From positions 37,288,781 to 37,352,780 of the forward strand of contig NC_068986.1 of NCBI RefSeq assembly GCF_001194135.2: DNA of 64,000 nucleotides, read 5' to 3'. This DNA is from Octopus bimaculoides (taxonomy: Eukaryota). The position numbers and the translations under genes were made by a program. Positions 54,304 through 64,000 of this stretch are shown in pieces. The notes under the pieces are model-generated. The model ran no database searches and was not told where the DNA came from. It saw only the letters and a list, made by a program, of their open reading frames with translations. Numbering within the stretch: the first letter of the stretch is position 1; every line of letters begins with the position of its first letter.

Positions 54304-54369
54304 TGATTTATTTATTTATCTACGTATGTATGTATGTATGTATGTATGTATGTATACACATTTTTCTCC

Positions 54370-54530
54370 CTTTTTGTTTCGTTCTCACTCCATTTTCTCT
54401 CTCTTAATCCTTTCTGTCGAAGAGCGTAAGCTCGAAATGTCAAAGACTTTTTCAGTTTTCCAGAGCGTTAAACTAATACATCTGCTTGTCGTTCCCTCAC
54501 CTGACTTCGTCTCATGTTGTTTTTTGAGGG
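54370..54530 (+). mobile_element. Penelope-like family D fragment with hammerhead-like motif (54410-54445)
   Basis: CTTT-CTGTCGA-A-GAGC(GTAA)GCTC-GAAAT-GTC-AAAG. Confidence 0.6.
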
Positions 54531-54966
54531 GATTTATGTACAAGTTTTTCGAAACCTTTTTTTTTGTGTTTATGTTTTTGCGTATATCTCTGTTTATATT
54601 TTTGCGTATGTGTTTTTATTTGTATACACGTCTATCCGCGTATGTATGTGCATGTGCGTATAAAGATGTGTATATGAACATAATGATGCATGCATGGGTA
54701 TATATACGAGTGTATGTGCGTGTATGCGTGTATTGTATGTATGTATGTATGTATGTATGTTTACATATGTATAGACATATATATGTGTTTGTATATGTGC
54801 ACGCATCTATGCGTATGTATATACGCACACATGTGTGTGTGCGTACGTGTATGTATTTGTGTACATGTGTGCATATGCAGATTCTATGAACGACGTTTTA
54901 CTTTCCCCACGCCTATTGGAGTAATTTTCCTTTATTCAACGGTTTTTGTTTTAATAGCGTTTGTTT

Positions 54967-55029
54967 TAATAACTGATGAGATGCCGGAGCAGACTTCAGC
55001 CCCGGCATCCGAAACTCTGAGTTTTATTA
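54967..55029 (+). ncRNA. Type I hammerhead ribozyme, canonical core
   Basis: TAATAA-CTGATGA-GATGCCGG[14 nt]CCGGCATC-C-GAAA-CTC-T-GAG-TT-TTATTA: helix I 6 bp, helix II 8 bp with one extra C, quasi-palindromic helix III, GUU triplet. Confidence 0.75.
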
Positions 55030-55071
55030 TGACAACCAACTAATTGTCAATTATTATTATCATCATCATCA

Positions 55072-55112
<41 letters not shown>

Positions 55113-55834
55113 ATTATTGTTATTATTATTATTATGTTTATATATGTCTGTATGTATACATGCATCCATTCATTTATATATATATGTATTCATACACGTA
55201 CATACACATGCACACACAGATTAGATACATAGATAGATAGATATTATCATAAGTAAATACATGCTCAGAAGTATACATTCAACTGCATGCTTAGAGATAG
55301 GCACATCTGTCCATCCATCTATCCAGCCCTATACATACATACGTACTCACATGAATACATACACACATGCGGACATGCACGCAAACACATACATTCATAA
55401 ATATTATTCATATGTAAACATATACACATATACATACCATACTGTACCTATACAATTGCCAGCCACGCTGCAAGACTCCTTTGTCTCAGTTTAGCGAACT
55501 TAACAAATGTTTGTAATTCATATAAATGGTGACCAAACCATGTTTATTGTTCAACATTTAAAAGTCCTATACATTACAGTTTTATAAATAAACTAATCTG
55601 AATACGCAAGGTTTTCAAAAATAGGTTTTAATGAACTTTGGGGAATATATGTTTTTTCTACTGTTATTTTTTTCTATTTTCTTTCACTTTTGCTTCGTTT
55701 TTTGTTTGTTTTTTTTTTCACGCAATCTGTTAGATGTCGACATTTCTGGGGACCACATTATCGTCCATTTGTGTTAAATAAGAAAATTGCAATATAAATG
55801 CATGTGTGTAAATATATATATATATATATTCTTT

Positions 55835-56044
55835 TATTCTTTTATTCTTTTATTTGTTTCAGTCATTTGACTGCGGCCATGCAGGAGCACCGCCTTTAGC
55901 CGAACAAATCGACCTCAGAACTTATTCTTTGTAAGCCTGGTACTTATTCTATCGCTCTCTCGGGCCGAACCGCTATTTTACGGGAACGTAAACACGCCAA
56001 CATCGGTTGTCAAGCGATGGTAGGAGGACAAATACAGGCATACA

Positions 56045-56077
<33 letters not shown>
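55835..56077 (-). mobile_element. SINE family B 3' half running into (CA)n and a gap
   Basis: gtttcagtcatttgactgcggccatgcaggagcaccgcc and catcggttgtcaagcgatgg. Confidence 0.85.
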
Positions 56078-56591
56078 NNNNNNNNNNNNNNNNNNNNNNN
56101 NNNNNNNNNNNNNNNNNNNNNNNNNNNNNNNNNNNNNNNNNNNNNNNNNNNNNNNNNNNNNNNNNNNNNNNNNNNNNNNNNNNNNNNNNNNNNNNNNNNN
56201 NNNNNNNNNNNNNNNNNNNNNNNNNNNNNNNNNNNNNNNNNNNNNNNNNNNNNNNNNNNNNNNNNNNNNNNNNNNNNNNNNNNNNNNNNNNNNNNNNNNN
56301 NNNNNNNNNNNNNNNNNNNNNNNNNNNNNNNNNNNNNNNNNNNNNNNNNNNNNNNNNNNNNNNNNNNNNNNNNNNNNNNNNNNNNNNNNNNNNNNNNNNN
56401 NNNNNNNNNNNNNNNNNNNNNNNNNNNNNNNNNNNNNNNNNNNNNNNNNNNNNNNNNNNNNNNNNNNNNNNNNNNNNNNNNNNNNNNNNNNNNNNNNNNN
56501 NNNNNNNNNNNNNNNNNNNNNNNNNNNNNNNNNNNNNNNNNNNNNNNNNNNNNNNNNNNNNNNNNNNNNNNNNNNNNNNNNNNNNNNNNNN

Positions 56592-56630
<39 letters not shown>

Positions 56631-56654
56631 ATGTATGTATGTATGTATGCATTC

Positions 56655-56820
56655 TGTTATCCTTTTACTTGTTCCAATCATTTGACTCAGGCCATGCTGG
56701 TGCACCATCTTAAAGGATATTTTAATCAAAGAAATGCACCCCAGGACTTATTATTCGTATGCCTAGTACTTATTCTATCAGTGTCTTTGCCAAACCGCTA
56801 AGTTACTGGGACGTAAACAT
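56655..56820 (-). mobile_element. SINE family B 3' fragment
   Basis: atcatttgactcaggccatgctggtgcacc and ccgctaagttactgggacgtaaaca. Confidence 0.75.
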
Positions 56821-58382
56821 TGGTTTCCTAATATATATTTATAATTAGATATTATTAAAAAATGTAATAAAGAATTGTTAAAATATTCTGTTCATTGTAT
56901 AACCAATTTGTAGCACATAAATTTTAACAAGATCTTATATAGACCCCAGTTGGAAAGCACTGGTTTAAACAGTAGATGATCATCAATAAGGGCAATGGCC
57001 GCGGGAGACACACAGATATCATGGGAACTGTATTTTCTTCTAAACTCGGTAAATAAAGGGGGAAATAACAGTTTTGTCTTCATATATTTATGTATTTTTT
57101 TTTTTTGTTTAGCATTTTACAATAACCAAATTTTAGATGTGGCACCAGGGAGTATTTTTGCTGTTAGCAACATTTGTTGCTCAATGTTGACTTTGGTCCT
57201 CCTTAAAAACTAGTTTATTCAACTGTTACATTTAACAAATTAACCTTATATTTTGGCTTTGAGTTCCTCTTACAACTTATGTATCCGATAGTTTAGAGCT
57301 TCAAGGTTTTTCATATCCTCATGTTACTTTATTTTTCCTTTCTTTTCTCATGATATTTCGTATCCAGGTTTTCAGTATTGCATTTCATGTTTACGGGGAT
57401 CGTTAAAACGCTTTTCTTTCTGATGTAACTAAATATATTCGTGTAATTTTAAGTCACACCCTGATTTCGTATTTTGTTTTATAACATATAGTTTTCGTTC
57501 ATCTAATTCTCTGTGATATGACAACGTTCGGATACACATGGTTATCAATAAATTGAAGTTTGTCGTATTGTGGTTATATATATATATATATNNNNNNNNN
57601 NNNNNNNNNNNNNNNNNNNNNNNNNNNNNNNNNNNNNNNNNNNNNNNNNNNNNNNNNNNNNNNNNNNNNNNNNNNNNNNNNNNNNNNNNNNNNNNNNNNN
57701 NNNNNNNNNNNNNNNNNNNNNNNNNNNNNNNNNNNNNNNNNNNNNNNNNNNNNNNNNNNNNNNNNNNNNNNNNNNNNNNNNNNNNNNNNNNNNNNNNNNN
57801 NNNNNNNNNNNNNNNNNNNNNNNNNNNNNNNNNNNNNNNNNNNNNNNNNNNNNNNNNNNNNNNNNNNNNNNNNNNNNNNNNNNNNNNNNNNNNNNNNNNN
57901 NNNNNNNNNNNNNNNNNNNNNNNNNNNNNNNNNNNNNNNNNNNNNNNNNNNNNNNNNNNNNNNNNNNNNNNNNNNNNNNNNNNNNNNNNNNNNNNNNNNN
58001 NNNNNNNNNNNNNNNNNNNNNNNNNNNNNNNNNNNNNNNNNNNNNNNNNNNNNNNNNNNNNNNNNNNNNNNNNNNNNNNNNNNNNNNNNNNNNNNNNNNN
58101 NNNNNNNNNNNNNNNNNNNNNNNNNNNNNNNNNNNNNNNNNNNNNNNNNNNNNNNNNNNNNNNNNNNNNNNNNNNNNNNNNNNNNNNNNNNNNNNNNNNN
58201 NNNNNNNNNNNNNNNNNNNNNNNNNNNNNNNNNNNNNNNNNNNNNNNNNNNNNNNNNNNNNNNNNNNNNNNNNNNNNNNNNNNNNNNNNNNNNNNNNNNN
58301 NNNNNNNNNNNNNNNNNNNNNNNNNNNNNNNNNNNNNNNNNNNNNNNNNNNNNNNNNNNNNNNNNNNNNNNNNNNNNNNNNN

Positions 58383-58426
<44 letters not shown>

Positions 58427-58769
58427 CCCCTCTCTCTCGATGGAGTTTCAATGCCAATTTCAAGGCGTAATTATTTTTCCTTTGATGTGTAGTTACCGTT
58501 TGCGTACTTATTCATTTATAATCAACAACACACAACCAAATTTCATTATACGTTGTTTCATACAAACACACAGACATATATATATAACTGATATGTTTAT
58601 GTGTTGCTGAGATCGAATGGGATTCGGATTACCAACGAGCAATCTTCTGAATTAGATTTTTGTTGTTATATAGACATATATCAGCAATGATTTAGCAGCC
58701 TTAAACCTTCAGTATTTATTACAGGTTTAGCGATATAGAACTACATTACCCATTATAAAGGGCTAAATT

Positions 58770-59350
58770 TGAGGTAAAAATTTTGACTTCTATATCCTTA
58801 GACCACGCCATCTTTGGATCATCTCAACTTACGACTAATAAGTCGTCTATAAAATCGGTATATAATGTCTACAATTAAAAATAAGTTCCTATCTTGGTGG
58901 TAGATCTGGATTCTAAAGAAGAAGGATTTTGCCGAAGATTTGAACTCCTTGGAACAACAAACAGACGGGTAAACTCTTTGTTGAGGCCATATATCGCCTT
59001 TTCTATCGTTGTTTGGTTCCCGACGACAGGTGAGACCTGTAACAGGCGGAGGCAACTGATGTGTTCGCGGTGTCTGGAAGGAGAAAAGATTACAAATATT
59101 GATATTTTTGGCCTAACTCATCATAATGTAAATACCACCATGACCGATATCCAAACTACAGTGAAAAAGGCTAGCCACTGGATTTGGTTAAAAAGAGACG
59201 ATGAGCGATGGCTAGAAGAATATTGAGCTTTATTTGATAACCAGTTGTTCTAGCATGCGGGGCCTCATATCAGTGAGGTGGGCCGGTGCGCAGTGATGCC
59301 GTCGAGATGTAAGCCCCGAAACAGCATGCATTCTCTCCTGATGAGCCCAT
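58770..59350 (+). mobile_element. HERO-like RLE LINE 3' fragment
   Basis: ORF 58894-59226 ends TTVKKASHWIWLKRDDERW, resembling the ASxWxWxKR C-terminal signature I associate with HERO-clade elements; followed by a GC-rich, structured 3'UTR. Confidence 0.6.
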
Positions 59351-59808
59351 ACACTTGTTGGCTTCCGGTATGCAGAGTTCTCGACTGGTAGCACTTGCAT
59401 GTGCAAGTTATTTGCAAGACGTCCGCGTCGAAAGACCTTTTGTAGACTCATTTCGTTTCCTTTCCTATTTTTTCTGTTTCTGATTCCATGTATTCATTCT
59501 TCTGCCTTTGTTTTAGTTTCGGCTATGCCTGTACAATTCTAAGTTACAGAGTAAAGAATATTATGTAGGTGCCGAAATTGTAATTATTCCCAGTTGAAAA
59601 CTGATGGGGCGGAATCTGACTTGTGCAGCTGTCCTTTCGCTTTATTGCTGTAAATTTATTTGTTCGCCTGTGCCACTTTTTAGAAAAGTTTATTTGTAAC
59701 AAAACACAGCCGTTGTTTTTCTCAACTTTCTCTCTCGCTCTCTTTCTGTGTGTGTATTTGTGTGTGTGAGTGCGTGCGTACGCATGTGTGTATGTAAACA
59801 TAGACGTT

Positions 59809-59861
<53 letters not shown>

Positions 59862-60506
59862 TTAAGAGAAGGAAAGAAACAAAGAAGTAGATATACATAA
59901 AGATATATTGTTGAATTTAAAATATTTGTTCCATTTGCTATACTCTACGAAGCTATTTCTGTATTAAAAGCAATGCTGCACAAATGTTTAATTTGATTTA
60001 AGAAGGCGATAGCGAAAAAGTAATTTTCTCCCGACTTTTGCACATAGCTGCTATTTCAAGTTATTCACAGATTTATAAATATTTACAAATTAAACAAAGT
60101 ATATGAATGAGAATAAACTCATGAAGCCTTGGTTCTCTCTAGCCTATTTTTGTTGACAAGGAGTTGGTGTAATGTCAACTATACTACATGTTCTCAATGA
60201 AATACACCTGCCACATTAGCGTTTTTTTAATATCAGACATCGTCTGTATGTCTGTGTGTTTTGATTTGAATTAGACATGATTAAATCGTGAGATCTTTTC
60301 CATATCATATAACACTAATGTTCAATTATTATACAATAATGGCGTTACACAGATTTTGAAAGCATCAAATTGTAGTTAATTTAATGTTAACATATTTAAC
60401 GCAGTGAGTATTAAACATTTAGTGATAAATACTTAACGATGAGAAAATGATAATATTAAACCAGTGAATTAATATTATTTCAGTTATTCGGCATGTATAG
60501 AGAGAA

Positions 60507-60543
60507 CTCCTGACATGTTTCAACCGTATTAGGCCTCTTCATT
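60507..60543 (-). ncRNA. Degenerate hammerhead remnant
   Basis: Minus strand: (aa)TGAAGA-GGCC(TAATAC)GGTT-GAAAC-ATGT-C-AGGAG; helix II with 2 GU pairs, palindromic ACATGT and GUC; helix I 5' strand and C3/U4 lost. Confidence 0.35.
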
Positions 60544-60739
60544 AAACATACACTTTGGCCAAATTGTGATAATAGAGTTGCAAGTAAATTAATATATAAC
60601 AAAAGGAAAAATAACACTACCGAAGACTTGGTTTGGGGATTTGTTTCTGAAATAGCATCCATTAATGTTCCAGCCCCAACTACACTATCATATAATTAAC
60701 TCCAGTTATGCTTCAAAGACTAGACGTTTTCTTCTTTCC

Positions 60740-60862
60740 AGTTATAAATATAAAGAAACCTTTTATTCTTATATACGTGTGTATACGTACGTGTGTATAT
60801 ATAAATCAGTGTATGTTTGTGTGTGTATGTATGAATATGTGTATGTATGAATATGTATGTGA

Positions 60863-60905
<43 letters not shown>

Positions 60906-61034
60906 CATACATATATACACCTACAATACCTCTCTATACGTATAGATATGTGTGTGTATGTGTATGTATATGTATATATATGTGTATATGTATATATATA
61001 TATGTATGTATATATATATATATATGTATGTATG

Positions 61035-61093
<59 letters not shown>

Positions 61094-61240
61094 ATACACA
61101 CATACATATTTGGATACATGTGCATTTATAGTTATACACACGCATCTATACACACACACAAGTACACACATACGCGTATATATATGCATATACGTTCACA
61201 CGTGTATATATGCGTGTGAATATATGTTTGTTTCTCTATA
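60740..61240. repeat. Compound (TA)n/(TG)n/(TATG)n microsatellite field
   Basis: Direct reading. Confidence 0.9.
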
Positions 61241-61749
61241 ATAAGAGAGTCAGGTGTGTGTGTGCAGTATGCTATATGTTGTAACTATTCGGTTTAATGT
61301 CTATAAACAAACTAGCCATTGCATAAGTCATTTTCCAAAAGGACTTACGTCACAAGCGCCAACCAGTTTGTTTTCTCTTTGAAATGTGTGTATATATTTT
61401 TATCTACGTGCTCACATCCGTATATGTCTATGTGTGTGTATGTGAGTAGACACAGATATATACTCGTATAATGATAGATTAGACATATGCACTGTTCTCA
61501 GCCAGAAACTGAGACTTGTGCAATACGAATTTAGCTTTACTTCATGCATCGCTGATTAACAATGGCTTATGTCGAGGGAAACGTAAAAAACAGTAAAACT
61601 CAAACCAAGATTAGGAGCATAATGATTATGATGATGACGGTGGTGGTGAAAGTGATCATGATGATGATGATCATCATCATCTTTATTACTACTATTATAA
61701 CAATAATAATAATTACAGTAATAATAATAAATAGAAAAATAACAATAAT

Positions 61750-61809
<60 letters not shown>

Positions 61810-61810
<1 letters not shown>

Positions 61811-62105
61811 GAAAAAGAAATGGAAAAACTTTCAAAATACAAAGACCTGGAAATAGAGATAACTCGAATGTGGAATCTAAAAACAGAAACAATTCCTATC
61901 ATAGTAGGTGCCTTAAGTATAATAAAAAAATATTCAGACAAATACATAACAAAAACACCAGGACTTACAAATATGTATAACATACAGANNNNNNNNNNNN
62001 NNNNNNNNNNNNNNNNNNNNNNNNNNNNNNNNNNNNNNNNNNNNNNNNACAGAGCTGCGCTCGGTAGTGAAGTGAAAGCACGTTATAAAAATAAAACTAC
62101 TGAAC
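61810..62105 (+). mobile_element. 5'-truncated R4/Dong-like RLE LINE (second subfamily) in (TAA)n
   Basis: EKEMEKLSKYKDLEIEITRMWNLKTETIPIIVGALSIIKK (KYxDL, W, IPxxxGALG of the RLE domain); (TAA)n on both sides; 3'UTR differs from the 4430 copy. Confidence 0.8.
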
Positions 62106-62154
<49 letters not shown>

Positions 62155-62266
62155 GCCAGCAACAACAACAATAGCGATAGTGTTGAAACTGACGACATAG
62201 CGAGTGAAGAATACAAACAATGAATTAATGTGAATAGCATAATTTCTGCTGCTGTTACTACTACTG

Positions 62267-62327
<61 letters not shown>

Positions 62328-62344
62328 GGAATAACAATAACAGT

Positions 62345-62906
62345 GGTTTCTAATTTGGGTACAAGACTAGCAGTTTTGAAGGGAGAGACTTACTCGGTAC
62401 CGTCGACATCATTACATGACTGGTACTTCATTTGCTAAAAGCTTAATTGACAAACAGCAAAGCTGACCTCTTGAGGATTTGAACTAAGACCACAAGGAGC
62501 CAAAACAACTGCTGCAAATATTTTTTTTACCGACGCTGTAATGGTTCTTCAGACCCACCACCATAATAACATCAGCAACAATAACAACGTTTGATTAGAA
62601 ACAAGCCATTAGAACGAGTTTGATGAAGACAAGAATTGATAAAACTTAGTCGAGCAGCAAACGCAAAATGTTTCGAAAATAGGATGAAAGTATTAAAAAT
62701 GCTCATAGTGAGCGACGTAAACTAGCACAAAAAGAATATGAACATAGATATGACTGGTTTGGTAAAAGTGTGCATTCGCATGTTAAAGAAATTTATGAAA
62801 GGCAAAGTTGGCCTTGGCGGAATTTCAACTCAGAACGTCAAGGCGGACGAAACGCCGCTAAGCATTTTTCCCGGCGTTCTGACGATTCTGCCAGTTCGCC
62901 GCCTTC
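62345..62906 (-). mobile_element. Two SINE family A copies (62345-62560 degenerate; 62790-62906 5' half)
   Basis: gaaaggcaaagtt, actcagaacgtcaaggcggacgaaacgccgctaagcat and cagttcgccgcctt. Confidence 0.7.
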
Positions 62907-63259
62907 TTCAGTCTTCAGTCATGTTAGTCTCGTCCATTACAAAGCTTCTCTCACCATAGCCAACAAACAAAGGGAAAATGGCTGCTCTTCTCAGACAGTA
63001 TATCACTTTATAAGTCATTATTGAATCCATCCAGATTCTACAAAAGTAAAGTGCCAGCCAAGAAGTGGTGTCGAAACTTATGGCTTTGTGCCTAAATTAG
63101 AAACCGCTGGTGTTGCAGTTGCTCAATAGTAGTAGTAGTAGTAGTAGTAGTAGTAGCAGCAGCAGCAGCAGCTGCAGGAGCAACGGGAGTAGAAATGTTA
63201 TTCACATCAATTCATTGTCTGTAGTGTTGACTTGCTAAGTCGTCATTTTCAGTACTACT

Positions 63260-63312
<53 letters not shown>

Positions 63313-63609
63313 GGCATTAATGATGATGATCATCATCATCACCAACACCATCAAGAGATCACTATTACCCCTGCTTTGGTACGTGTTTTAATGCTTTTTA
63401 CGTTTCCCTCGACAGAAAGTATTGTTAATCGGTGACGCATGAAGTAAAGCAAAGCAAAGCTGAATTTCGTATTGTATAAGTCTCAGTTTCAGGCTGAGAA
63501 CATGGTATGCGTCTATTCTATCATTGTATGTGTGTATCTGTGTCTTCACACCCATTCACTCACGTACATACACACACACACACACACACACTTACTTATA
63601 CTCAAGACA

Positions 63610-63990
63610 ATGTAAAGATCTTCCGATAGTCGGATCTGTTCTATGTGCAACAACAGTGGTTTGACAAATCTCGTACAATGCCACTTATTGACACTTATCT
63701 GAGATCGTACAAGATGATGTACAACAGTTTTGGTGCTTTGGGCGCATTTGGAACAGACCCGGAATACTTCACTTCTGTACTTGTAGAGTCTGTCACAAAC
63801 TAATAGAAGCGATAGACTAGGAATTTCGGGATATTTTCCGAAGTCCCCGAGACGAAAATATTGTGGGACTGACCAGCTAGTTGATTTTCGTCAATGCTTA
63901 GATTTTTTTCTATAGAAAATCGTCGCTCTTTTCTGCTGCTAGGCCTCTTTGGAATGCGTATATGTAACTTGTATAGCATAGACACAAAGC
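63610..63990 (-). mobile_element. L1/Tx1-like LINE C-terminal fragment
   Basis: Minus strand: LVCDRLYKYRSEVFRVCSKCAQSTKTVVHHLV, a degenerate CxxC..ETxxH zinc-knuckle (zf-RVT) motif, preceded by KNLSIDENQLAG; stops and frameshifts. Confidence 0.55.
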
Positions 63991-64000
63991 CAAATATTTA

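Noticed and set aside
57021-57048. ATG in good context encoding MGTVFSSKL before a GTAAAT donor (myristoylation-like start)
   Set aside because: Only 28 nt, with upstream out-of-frame ATGs and no downstream exon found; compatible with chance.
63630-63800. Plus-strand open frame SDLFYVQQQWFDKSRTMPLIDTYL...
   Set aside because: It is antisense to the L1/Tx1-like zinc-knuckle fragment, which explains the region better.

Overview
AT-rich, microsatellite-dense, gapped (19 N-runs) animal genomic DNA. The repeat families and simple-repeat load look like a coleoid cephalopod (Octopus-type draft assembly); this is inference, not a database match. Nearly every ORF in the supplied track is a translated microsatellite or N-run. 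Supportable content: (1) about 40 copies or fragments of at least 4 tRNA-derived SINE families; (2) 5'-truncated remnants of several non-LTR retrotransposon groups (R4/Dong-like and other restriction-like-endonuclease [RLE] LINEs, HERO-like, RTE, L1/Tx1-like); (3) decayed DNA transposons (two mariner fragments, one hAT, Tigger/pogo-like ends); (4) one unidentified candidate terminal coding exon (42743-42939, minus). The most notable signal is a set of type I hammerhead-ribozyme motifs with palindromic helix III. Two have canonical cores (39364-39435, 54967-55029), three carry the same variant core CUGUNGA (28023, 30119, 54410), and there are two remnants. The motif at 39364 lies in a ~483-bp directly repeated unit preceded by an inverted truncated copy, which fits a Penelope pseudo-LTR or retrozyme-like element. 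RLE LINEs sit in (TAA)n tracts and, in one case, in a (CATA)n tract. No rRNA, genuine tRNA gene or CRISPR array was seen.
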